A stretch of DNA of 63,525 nt, filler included, from Hyphochytrium catenoides (Eukaryota; Protista; Hyphochytriomycota), in the NCBI GenBank assembly GCA_900088475.1. It is 8 parts of 8 records of this genome, joined end to end, with 100 filler letters (N's around TTAATTAATTAA, not from the genome) between each part and the next. Parts side by side here need not be neighbours in the genome. Positions count along the whole stretch, not along the records: positions 15,995 to 18,204 come from FLMG01002056.1; positions 18,305 to 37,880 come from FLMG01000874.1; 6 more parts are not named here. One strand, written 5' to 3'. The notes under the pieces are model-generated. The model was not told the origin of the DNA. It made no database searches and worked only from the letters and a program-made list of their open reading frames with translations. This document shows, in pieces, positions 16,110 to 27,877 of this stretch. Positions within the stretch are counted from its first letter, which is position 1. Every line of letters begins with the position of its first letter. The position numbers and the translations under genes are program-made.

Positions 16110-16470
16110 CATCATTCTTTCTTCAAGTTCTTCACAATCTAGTGTCCCCTAGAAGTAACTTACCGGGCGGCCAGTCAGCCCCTGTCACCAGTAGAACCAC
16201 AGTAGCAGTACCCTATATAATAGACTTGCATTATAGCGTGAATAGCCACTTCTTCTTAGTACACCTCGAGATGCAATAAATTCACCTCCATCAATTAAGG
16301 TACACCATATTTATCACGAAGCAGGGAGTAAGGGAGCGAAAAGAGTCTTCCAACTTTCATGAACAAGTGGGAAGAGAGTTCGGCTCCATTGGCCTTATAT
16401 AGATATAGATTAGGCATTAGTCAACTGTGTCAAGCCGAAACTACTCCCCGGCTCAAAACTGCGTAGTGGC

Positions 16471-16582
16471 TGATGAAGCTGCTTTTTCTCTAGTGGGACT
16501 TGTGGACGCTTGGTATTGAGCTTTTAATGAAGCTGCTCTCTCTAATGGGACTACTGGACGCTTGCCATTGAGCGTTTTACTG
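16471..16582. repeat. Diverged tandem duplication, ~54-bp unit x2
   Basis: atgaagctgct..ctcta.tgggact..tggacgcttg..attgagc.tttta occurs twice in tandem. Confidence 0.75.
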
Positions 16583-17409
16583 ATAGACAGACATAAACAG
16601 CCAATGCAGCTAACTTCCTCACTCCCTTCGAAGAGGGTGAATTAGCTCTGCAATGGGTAACTATAAAGGAAAAAGGACGGACGAATAAGCCACGAGGTCC
16701 AAGAAGATAGGTCAATAGGGGTTATAGAAAGTCGAAGGGTCTGGAGCATGCGCTCAAACTTGAGCTCGACAACGTGACGAGAGGGCCTGTGCTTCAACAA
16801 GGGGTTGTGTTTCAATGAGGACCTGTGCTTCCATATGTCGAATTGCTTACCCTCCGAAGTGCAGGCGCAGAACCAATAACCATGAAGCCGTCGCTACTCC
16901 ATCTAGTGGCTGAAGCTTCTTGATCACTTGACGATCCCTCAGCTACCTCGTAGTAGAGAACGAGTAGTCCCCCAAGCCTACGTCGTTCCTCTACCGTGGG
17001 AGCGCGAAGCAAAGGGACCCTCCGCGTAGAACACCGTGGTGATGTGAAAGAGCTTGTGTCTTTTACTTTCACTTTATAAAACTCGTTTAACAATCTTAGA
17101 GAGAAAGAGAGCTGGATCTACCTCGTCATCAACCTGTCTTCCGTATATAGGCCAGCCAAGCATGCTCTTGCCCGTCTGCTATTGCTGCCGATACCGTACT
17201 TTGCTCTCAAACATTTGTATGCAACGCACATCCTCACTACTTCCTCTTCAGCCATCACAAACAGTGATCCTGAAATTACCTGCTGCTGCCTTGAGTGCCT
17301 TTCCGCGGCATTCCTGATGCGGCAACCTCTGAGAGTCAAGCTCTGCGCTCTGAGAACCTTTCGTGGCCGTTGGACTGTCGATGAGGAGCGAGGAAAGCCG
17401 GAGAATGGT

Positions 17410-17467
17410 GGACGGAGGACGGAGGACGGAGGACGGAGGACGGAGGACGGAGGACGGAGGACGGAGG
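17410..17467. repeat. 7-bp minisatellite (GGACGGA)n, about 8 copies
   Basis: Read directly from the sequence. Confidence 0.95.
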
Positions 17468-18204
17468 TGGTCTGGGTCTGTCTCTTCATCTAACAATCCT
17501 ATGATTTTTAATTCCTAGGAAATGGCACCCCCTGTCTGTATAAGCGGGCACCTACTAGCAACTCTATCAAATATGGCCGATTGTGGTCCGGCTCGCAGGG
17601 TGTGCTAGGAAAGATCACCTCACATTGGACAGAATACGACGCGGCACACCTAACAGCAGCCTAACAATAACGACGTTTCGTTTCATTCTATGGACCCAAC
17701 AGAGACAGGCGATGACCAACCAAGGGAATCTTCTTGTTGTGTAGGAAGGAAGGCTTGCGATTGCTCCTCTTCTCAAGTGGCAGAGCTTCCGTCAAGGCTG
17801 GCACCGACATGACGTGACATGATCACTCCTCAGGCGATAGGTCTTGCTGACGGCGCTGAATGGTTGCCTTCGGAAGCCTTGCGTTGGACTCGCTAGCAGA
17901 GGGACCACCTAGGGAAGGCTCCTCACAAGTCAGTGTTCTAAGGCTGGGGCTTTTGTATGTGTTGGTGCCGCGCCGCCAAAAGGTTCAGAGCTGAAAAGGC
18001 ATTTTGAAGCCTGAGCTTTGAGGTTAGAATAGCCAAACCGCCTAGCCTCTTATCCCCAGATCGCTTCTGCCTTGACTCTTTTCGGGAACCGCCTTTCCTC
18101 AGGAGGTTTGGAAGGACAGTGCTGCTGCATTGAAAGCCACACCTCTACTCTGGCCAAGATAGTTAAGGCTGCGAAGAGCCAACACTGGTGTAGACGAGAT
18201 GACT

Positions 18205-18304
18205 NNNNNNNNNNNNNNNNNNNNNNNNNNNNNNNNNNNNNNNNNNNNTTAATTAATTAANNNNNNNNNNNNNNNNNNNNNNNNNNNNNNNNNNNNNNNN
18301 NNNN
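18205..18304. other. Artificial contig spacer
   Basis: 44N-TTAATTAATTAA-44N. Confidence 0.97.
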
Positions 18305-18322
18305 AAAGAGGGAGACAGAGAG

Positions 18323-18375
<53 letters not shown>

Positions 18376-18780
18376 CAGAGAGAGACAGAGGGAGAGAGAG
18401 ACAGAGAGAGACAGAGGGAGAGAGAGACAGAGAGACAGAGTGAGAGACAAGAGAGAGAAGGGAGAGAAGGGAGAGAAGGGAGAGAGAGGCAGTCTCTATC
18501 TTTGTAGAGATGAGTAGTATTCATCATTGTCAGGCATGGCGGAGCAGGAAGATATAGAGCAGCTTGTAGGTCGGCACTCTACCCAGGAAGCGCGCAGACG
18601 GAGCTCTCCAGGATTGTCAAGAAGTATAGAGATCAAGTCTCCGTGAAGTGAAGAAGACACATCGACCGTAAGAAGCCCTTGAAGGCAGTTCATCTTAATA
18701 GCCTTTAAAGAGATCTGTAAGCTTACAAGGGTAAAAGTCAGTATGACCTAGATCTGAAGGCAGACAGTGCATGAGAAGCA

Positions 18781-21700
18781 ATGAACGGCTGGCTGGACAA
18801 GGTGGGACAGGAAGATGTGCTCAAGAAGTGGAGGCGGCGATGGTTTGTCCTTGATGCCGATACCGCCCAGCTGTATTATTATAAGGTAGGGAACAAGATT
18901 GGTTAGACGTCCGGGCTCACTCTCTTTCCAGCTATGCGAGTCTGTCCCTTTCTCCGGCCTCTCTCCCTTGATCATTGCACCGCCTTAGTACTCTCATGCG
19001 ATCTCCTCCCCTCTCTCGTTGCCCACGTCGAGCAACCTCCCAATCCTTTTGCTTGCAAGGGAGGAAGCATTTGAACCGCCTCTCTGGTTCTCCCTGCTTC
19101 TCATCGTCGAACCGCACCCTCAGCCTCACATGCCCTCCTCAGGACGCCACTAGGACTCACCTGAAGGGAAATGTGGACGTAACTGGAGCGTTGGTCTTTC
19201 TTCCTAATCTTGAAAGAGGGAAGAGTGCCTACATCCGTGCAAGGCCAGCCTGCTTTGGCATAACGGAGGCATCAGGAGCCGTGGTCAGTGGCCTCTTCTG
19301 TCTGTCTGCCTGGCCGTCTCGTTCTTTTCTTCTTCTGTAACCTGGTTCTGTGTCTTCTGTCGCGTTGTAGCTCCCTTCTATTGTCCCCGTTGTCGAGGGG
19401 ATTTCGTTGGCTTGGGGTTGATCTCGGCTAACGGTTTGCCTACGTTTTAGACCATCTTCTTAGATGCTTCTGATGAGGAACAGGGCCGCAGGTGGATGCA
19501 GGCAGTGCAGAAGGTGGCGGAGGCTGGTCCTAGGGCTTCCGCGAATGCAGGCAAAGCAGGACGAAAGAACTTTCATTTCTCTCCTAAAGTTACTGCGGTG
19601 GAAGTTGGAGAAGATAGCGTAGCGGTAAGGCCGCTCCTTCTGTCTCATTTCTTCTGTTCTTGCTCTATTCTTTCCTCTCTCTCTCTTTTCCTTTTTGCTC
19701 TTCCACCCAGTTAGAAGGGATCCTGACAGGTTACTGCGTGAACAGAGGTATAAGGTTGAATGCCTCGCGCGTGTTGTGAGTAAGGAAGGAGGAAAAACTG
19801 CGAGGAAGTGGGATCTCTGGCGACGTTACTCGGAGTTCAGTGACCTGAACAGGTACGCTTAGTTAGAAAGATTGAGAAGGAGAGAGATTCATGCATTCAG
19901 GATGTATGACAGGTTGAACCGAGATCCTTTATTAGCTGGTTAAGAGGGAAGTAAATGACAAAAGATGAACAGCGGCCGAGGGAGGTACGATAAACGCAAC
20001 AGGGCGTTTACAAGTGCGAATATTTAACGTCGACTTGGTGAGGTGATTGTGCAAGAGTGAGACAGAGGACAACGACATGTAGAATGCCTAACGGAGGATG
20101 GAAGTTTCGAAGTCAAAGCAGTAGGTTACTGAGGGGGCGAGGGAGGCAGTCTGCGACACAGTCCTCACAATAGACTTCAGAGTGTTTTATTGACCAAGCG
20201 CTACAGTGAGAGCACAAGCTCTGACTCTTTTGTTTACGCCAGCAAGCTCTGCCGTGCGCTAGGAGATAGTATGAAGTCCATTACCTTCCCCAGCAAGCAC
20301 CCTCTTGGTGGAATCATGGGCAAGAAGAATGACAGTGCTCTATTAGAGAGAAGACTGGTTGAGTTGGACGCGTTTCTAAGACAGGTGAAGACTATGCTAT
20401 CTCTCTCCTCCATATCTGTTTCTCTTGAAAGACTCTGTCATTGCCTAGCTCTCTTATAACTACTTAGGCCAATGATCCGTGTAGAGTAGCCTAGCTCTCC
20501 ATGCTCTGTCTCCTAAGACCTCTCAACTTGTGGAATTGGAGACTCTGGTCGAGCTTTTTCCTCTCATCAAAGCTCTTCTCCCTCAGACCTTCTACACAGG
20601 CTCCTCCGAGGGCCATTCTCTAAGGACTATCTTGGTTCATCAAACTCCTCCCTCATGGGCTCTACTGCATGTTGCCACCGTCCCTCATCGGTCTATCTCT
20701 GTAGGTCTGTTCCATCAGAAATGTTGCCAACTTTCTCGAGGAGAACTGCAACAGAGACTTGAAGGTACGCTTTGAGTAGAGTGACAATTATAATAGTGAG
20801 GCAAGAGTAGCGCGAACTTTAGCGACGACTTGCTGAGCGAAAGCTAAATCACCGATATAGCTGGTAAACTCCTTCTCTAAACTCTCCCAAGTCCCTCTGA
20901 GTACTTAGGCAGCACAGATTTCACGTCCTTTTCCCTCGTGGTTTTCCTTCTCATCCACGACCTTTCAATGTCTCTTTCTCTCAGGCTTTCTTTGACTTTG
21001 ATGCTCAGTATGGAGCAGCTAAAGAAAGAAAGAGACGGAAAACCATCAGCGACAGCGCGGGCCTTACAACTGAAGCGTTAGAAAGAAAGGAGGAGAAAAA
21101 GAAGAAAAAGAAGAAGAAAGGGGGTAGAGAGGAGGCAACGATCAGTCAATCGTTGGAAGGGCTCACTATAGATTCGAGCAAACCCACGAAGAAGAAAAAA
21201 GAAAAGAACAAGAAGGAGCCTTCATCTTCTGCCTCTCCTGCAATGTTGCTTTTGACTAACGGACAAGGGCCTAAGCCCAAGAAAAAGAGGAAGAAAAAGA
21301 AGGATAAAGAGAACGGCGAGCAAATGGTGGAGAGCGCGCCAATTAAGAGTAATAGTACGGAGACCGGGAGTGATGATGACGAGGTCAGGCACTTCCCTTG
21401 TTTATTATTATGCCGTTGGCGTTTCCTACCTCTCGGGCGTCTATTTTTGCTTTTTACTCTCCAGGGTTCGGTCCTTTCCGTAGGGCATTACGTATCTACA
21501 TCCTAAGTACTCCTCACCCACAGGACTGGCAATGCATCCCATCTGCTAAAGAAGATGAGAAGGCTTTACCTCCGCCACCGCCTCCTTTCAGGCCCAGCCC
21601 TTTTGGTGGCCCTGCCATTGGCGCTGGAAGAGGAGATCTCTTAGCAGCGATTAGAAAAGGAGCAGAGCTCAAACCCGCAGAAGGGGTAGGAGCAGGAACA

Positions 21701-22075
21701 CCGGTAAGAGGGGCATGTTTGGAGAAGGAAAGCACCAATAGTGTATTAGCGGCGGCTTTTTGTCATAGACTTAGCCGGGCATGGCTAAAGGTACTGTTTG
21801 CTCTGCTGTCTGTCTCCTACTCTCTCGCCCCTTCTCACAGGCGGAGAGGGTTGGCCTTCCTCCTCCTCCTCCTCCTCCAGCCCCAATAGGCAGTCCGGCG
21901 ATGGGGTAAGGCCACATTCTCTGAGTACGAAAGGTTTGGAAAAGAGTTGACCTTTTATTGTGTCATGGGCAACAGAATTGGAGACTCTATTGCTGCAGCC
22001 ATATCAGCGCGACGCGAGACCATCAACGTCCTTGACGATTCGGACACAGAAGACGATGAAGGCTGGTCCGATTAA
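18781..22075 (+). CDS. PH-PX-basic-polyproline-WH2-central-acidic (WCA) protein; putative Arp2/3 nucleation-promoting factor; 10 exons
   Basis: PH: MNGWLDKVGQEDVLKKWRRRWFVLD...LYYYK...HLKGNVDV...FLDASDEEQGRRWMQAV. PX: WDLWRRYSEFSDLNSKL...FPSKHP...LLERRLVELDAFL. Poly-Lys tracts, then PPPPPP. WH2: GRGDLLAAIRKGAELKPA. C/A: IGDSIAAAISARRETINVLDDSDTEDDEGWSD*. All joins are GT-AG and in frame. Confidence 0.85.
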
Positions 22076-22199
22076 ATAGTACTTGCCACAATAACGAGAC
22101 ACATAGAGAGAGCCGCCAAGGACCAATAAGCACAACCGGCTAGCGTTCTACACCAGCACCCTCACTTTGCTCTCTAAGAAGCCTGAGGTAAACGGCCTT

Positions 22200-25100
22200 T
22201 CAATGGTGACCAGAGCTAGGGCGAGGAGAGGTCTTGGTGGACTTTGTAAACATTGGCTTCAAGTACTTCTGATCGAGCTGTGAGAGAAGGCGAGTCAGAC
22301 CAAATGGGAGGACTTAGTGCGTCGGAGGAAAGAGAGGGCAGCGGAGGTTGCTAAAGCAGACATACACAGGAGAAGCAGATGATAGAGAGGACGTGCTCTC
22401 TAAACGACCCACCTTAGCCCAGATGCTCTGGACATTTGAAGCGTCGAAGTTGTCCATGCTTTGCCGTCGATAGTTCTCTTCAAAGTTCTCTTTGTCTTGC
22501 CTTTTCAGCATCTCGTGGCCCTTGTTCCCTTCATGAACTCGTTTTCTGGGCTCCTGAGGCCGATACAAATGGTTTAATAGATGAGCTGTGCTGTCCAGGG
22601 TATTGAGTGTTTCCTCCTCTGTTTCCCGAACCTCCGACATCCCTTCACCTCACTTGCATTACCTTGACTACCTTATTTTAACCCAGGTTTCAACAGTCTA
22701 TACACGCTGCAACGTCGAACTTACCCTAACTTCCTCTTCTTCGTCGTCCCTGAGTCCAAACTCTCCATCTTCCCGACCGTCAAGGAGTCCATCGTCGGGA
22801 TCATAATTTTCATCGTGAGTAGTCTGTAGACAGATCGTACAGGGAGATTAGAGTCACACAGTGTAAAGGGAAACGTAACCCATGAGTTGATTACAAGAGA
22901 CCAGACACATATTCGCGCCCCTTGCCCAAGCTCAAAAGTGGGAAGGTAGGCAAGGCGACAGATTCTGACAGAGTTGAACCAAAGGGATTTGCAACTATAT
23001 GGAAGAGTGAAAGTGGTGGTATAGTGACTGCTACTTACCCTCATACCAGCCCAAGATAGCAGTGGCTCTGTTAGACCACCGCCAACCACAGTCGTTAGAA
23101 CGCAAACTGGATATTTCGTCGGTTAGAAGGCGATGACAGGGCAGAAACATGGTGGTCGGGGCGAAAATTGAGCGATGCGTAACGAGATATCCTTACCAGA
23201 GAGAGTAGTGGAGACGTAGAGGTCTCGGTGCTTCCCAGGCATTGTCCTGAGTTCAAACTCAGTTAAATCGCGGTTAAAAAGTCCCCTTCACTAACTTCGC
23301 CAACTTTCCCCACAGCCTCGCCAAGTTGCTTACTGTGAAAGAGCGAAAGCCATTGCTCCGCGTAAGCCGCAGAACCAGATGACAAGTTGCATGTTTCGAG
23401 GGATAAGAAGGTTGGGTCGCCTATGTGAGGGTTAAGGCGTTCAGTGACCGTCCACCCTTCTTGACTTTCATTACTCATTTCTACTCTTCGCGCTTGCATT
23501 CATTCCTAACCTCACGTGCACAGCAACTCTTCTCAAAAACTAACAAATTGACTAAGCTACTCGTTCAGCTGTCGCTATCTTACTCGCTCTTCTATGATAG
23601 TCCATGTAAGGACATCTTTCCTTTCCACGTCATTCTACGCCCGTCCCGCCATTCGTCAAGCTCAGCCTTCCCCTTTTGGTACTCCTACCTGAGGTTGACA
23701 ATCCAACAGATGGAATAAACGCTAACCGCCCGAGCAATGAGGCACGCAAGAACGGACTACAATCAGCCAGGGCAGCGTTAAAAAGGCCGTTGAAGAGGGA
23801 TAAATAGGAAGAGGATAAGAAGTGGGACGCGGCACAATAAGTGAGGACTTACCACCACAATGAAGATGATACTCCACCGGTCAAACTGGCCTAACAGTTA
23901 AGCTTGTTCAATACTGATTCTTACTTCAACTTACTGTTTCCCTCTCGTACCTGTGAAGAAGCACATGCCCATGTATATAAACACAAAGAACTCTGCCAGT
24001 CTTGCGAAGCTCTTGAAGATATATTCCGTCGTCACCTAATCATGGAGCATTTACATATAAGCACCCAGGGCATGCACAACCTTGACGGTAACCATGACTG
24101 CTAGGGAAGACCGGATAGAGACAGGTTTGGATAGATGAGCTTCAAAGAGAAGAGGTGCTCGCTACGGGGCCATGAGAGAAGAGACTGACAGGCGGAAAAG
24201 CGATTATTCCTCTTACCTCAGAAGTGTGAGATAAGTTGTTGCAGTTATAGTGCTTCATAATGATCCCGCAGAAGAAGAGAGACATAATACCTAAATAAAC
24301 GTGACTGAGATCGGCGCTCTGAATGCTCTTTTCCCTCGCTCTTTCGCTTTAGTTAGCTGTTCATCAGGGTAGTCGGACATATATATATATGCCTAATTTG
24401 GAGGTTATATACCTGAGAGGTGAAGGACTTCGGCGACCGCGTAGGAAGCGTATGCATAAAGAAGAAGAAGAGAAATCTCGAACTCTGGATAGTCTCTCAT
24501 ATCGGTGTGCTTACACATGTAAGCACAACCTAGTCTGCGGGTATAAACAGAGTGAAGAGGAATTGGCTATGTCACCATTGGCACTTTTGAAAGACCCATC
24601 TGTTGACATGTAAGGCAGTAAACAGCGACGATAGAAAGAGAGCAGGTGGTCTGTGGAAGGTATAATCTGTAATGAGTTCCACGTAGAATAGACTCAAGTC
24701 AGGAAGAGAACTCCGCAGAGAGAGTATTTCGTGCTTAGGTCGACACTTACCCTACCGCGACACCTACAAACACGGACAGCAAAGATACGCCGGCGAAGTC
24801 GATCATCGCGTTGAATATGGTCCATCGCGTGAACGCTTCCCCAGATACGTAGGACTAGGGCAAAAGAAGTGGATAAAGGAAGAGGACACGAAGCATTGAT
24901 CAAATAGGCGCACTAGGGTGAGCCGCGTTCAGAAGGAGGTGACGAAAAATATGGGAGAAGGAAACAGTCTAAACCATTGGTGATGGAGAGGAGCAGCTAT
25001 TACTGTCAACCCCGACACGGGTTAGCTGAAGGGACCGACCAGAAAAAACTAGAGGAAGAACGGCAAGCGAGTATTTCTTGCATTACAATCTCTGTCTCGT

Positions 25101-26562
25101 GGTCATTATTGATCTGCATTCACTTTAACCCGCTTTCGAAATCAGTTACCCCTTACCCTGTTTACAGAAGGGAAGACATGCGCCAGTAGTGGACTGACCT
25201 TCATAAACGTGTTAAATAGTCCAATGCAAACGGCATCGTTTAGAACGCTCTCGCCAAAGACTAATGTATAAAGCAAAGGGTTGCAGCCGAGATCTGCTGA
25301 CCCCATGATGGAGAGAGTTGCTACCGGATCAACCTGATTGAAGCGAAAAGAAAGGCAGACTGAGAAAACCACCAAGAGATGCTTGAGAACGCATTAAAGA
25401 TGAGAAAACTCTGAAAGCCAGTATGACACACAACCCACACAAGGCAACGCCCTCCCTGAGAACGCTCGAGAGACTTCTTACCGAAGAGATTAGTGCTCCA
25501 AAGAGAAGGGCTTCAAGGGGGCTTGACGTGTCAATGTTGATAAGTCCCAAGTTTGCCACTCCGTAGACAATGAAGGCTGTTCCGAACGTCATAATCACGG
25601 TGCCGAAGACAGCGAACAATACTATGGGTCTTATGATGAATCGAGACAAACGAGAGAGATTTGAAAAGCAGAAGTGAGCTCTAAAAAGATCCCACCGTCT
25701 GCTCAGAGAGCATTAAAAGACATCATGACTCACCCGAAGTTATCGAAGAATCGTTGCTAGAAGGTTCACAGAGCACAAACAAGAAAACTTCGTGAGTCCT
25801 CGGCAGGTGACTGAACACTGGGTAGCGACAAGACATGTACAAAACGGACTAACAGAAAGAGGCACAGTGCAAGGAAGGGAAGAAGATCGAGCAGATGTAA
25901 TCAATTCTATGAAGATGCAGTTGCTCACCTGGCTCATCGTGTACCCTGCTTCTAAGATGATGGGAGGAAGGAGGAGAAAGAAGAAGATCTCTGACTGGAG
26001 ATGCCAGTAACCATTCAAGCGAGGACGACAAGGCCACACGGAGGCCATATGGGAGCGAAGGGGAGTCGCAGGAGCAAGGTGAGAGAAGGAGGATGGGTAA
26101 ATACGGCTTGAACTCTACCTGAAAGCTAAGAAACTCGAGTTCCTGCTGGCTAGGATAGAAGAGTTTGGCACAAAGTCCCACAATGAATCCGATCTGTATG
26201 AAAATGAGAATGTCAGAAAAGGAAACGATACTTTTTTCCAGCTAAAGGTTCGGTAGTGGTGAGATGATGACAGAGCGCGTACCAACATCGCGGCTGCCGA
26301 CTCGGGTAGATAGTAGTACCGATATCGCTTTACCAGGTAAGCGACAAAGGTGCACAAGCCTATTAGCACCACCTAGGGAACATACTCAGGTGAGGCAGAA
26401 TATCGCTAAAACGCTTCACGGTGCCTCTCACCAGAAGGAGAGTGTTCAGTGCGCCAAACTCGTGGGCCAGTTCCCCCGTATGGAGGCCTACGCAATCGCT
26501 CAAATCAGACGGGATAGGTTGTCACTTTCACAGAGGCAGGACTTACGATTCACTTCCACCAT
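22200..26562 (-). CDS. Na+/H+ exchanger (CPA1 family, NHE8/NHX-like), multi-exon
   Basis: YYLPESAAAML, FFFLLLPPIILEAGY, FFDNFG, LLFGALISSVDPVATLSI, LVFGESVLNDAV, LSGIMSLFFCGIIMKHY, WFCGLRGAMAFALS, GGGLTEPLL and C-terminal LDQKYLKPMF. ATG at 26562, TGA at 22200. Confidence 0.93.
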
Positions 26563-27877
26563 GTTTCTCCAGTGTAGGATGTACGGGAGACTTTATAGTC
26601 AACCGAGACCAGTTGGCTTTTGACGCCAATTCTAAGGCTCCGTACTACAAGTCCACGCCTGTTTTGCACGTTCCATTTGGTCCAGTTTCCTTTCCAGAGA
26701 GAGCGACAAAGACTTCCTCCCCTTCAATACGCAAGCACGTGCGCCTTTCGCGACGACTACTACTTCAGTCCCACTAGCCGAATGCGACGTCCTAAGAAGA
26801 CACTGAAGCCCTCAAACCGTGATGTCCTGATCATGCAGAGTGCTTCCTTCACGTAACAAACTTAATGAATCTCTGTGATGATCGATGAAGCTGCAGCTTT
26901 CTTGAAATCTTCAGAAATTGCCCCCAGACCGTCAGAACACCAAGACAGAAAACCCTTTGAAGCCTCTGAAAGAACAGAAGAAAGGAGAACTGATTCTGCG
27001 GTTGGGTCCATAGACGATAACCAATTACATAACTATAACATAATCTGTTCGTCGGTTACTACTCCCTGAACCATTCTCCGGATTCAGAATAAGAAGCGGT
27101 ATAGCTCATGATCTGGCGGCGGCTGCGTGCCGATTAGGGTTGGGCCGTTACTGAGTGTACACTAGAGCCTGGGTGATGATGGCTGAGGGTCCACGGCCCA
27201 GGATGTTCTACGACCATAGAAGAAGGCGTTTGCTTCGCTTTCGCCAAAGTCCCATCGCTCCTTCTCCTCATGCTCGTCACCTGTCATCAGCCTTGTCCAT
27301 CCTTCCCCTTCACGTCTCCACTCTTCTCTCGTCCCCTCTCTCTCTCTCTCTCTCTCTNNNNNNNNNNNNNNNNNNNNNNNNNNNNNNNNNNNNNNNNNGC
27401 CAGTCCGGGGATTGTCACACTTCCATAAGATGGGATGAGAGCCAGCAATTCCTATGCCACAGGGTTATTTATGCGGTCCGTCTATGAGGGAGCGGGGATG
27501 ATCATGCGCGCTTGCCCTGACCATTTTTCCTCACCGTTCATCGCCAAGCTGTCATGTTGATCGCTTGATTCATACTTGTACACTCTCACTCCCTCTTCGC
27601 GTCAACCTTCTGAAAAGTCGAGAGCAGTCTCTAGCTGCTATATGTAGCGTTCATCGGGCAAAGAGTCTCTTTCTTCCTTTCTAGCTTGTACCTTCCTTCG
27701 GTCGTTCTCGCCCAACAACTCTAGTCTACCGCTTCTCCCTCTAAAGCGCCTAGTGAACGTCGCACCAGAATGGAAGGCTGACGTCTCTTTAGAAGCGGGG
27801 AACGACATACGAAATACCTCGACCATAGCCAGACAACTCAAACGGGTAACTGGCACGCAAAAAAAGACAGAGGAAAC

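Noticed and set aside
17410-17467. GGACGGA array, and the 18-bp array at 58200-58340, as CRISPR-like
   Set aside because: There are no unique spacers; these are a simple minisatellite and a coding linker in a eukaryotic genome.
23187-23194. ATATCCTT, a U12-type 5' splice motif, inside an NHX gene (a family known for minor introns)
   Set aside because: It is on the non-coding strand and overlaps an ordinary GTAAGG donor. All NHX introns I traced are GT-AG without the U12 consensus.
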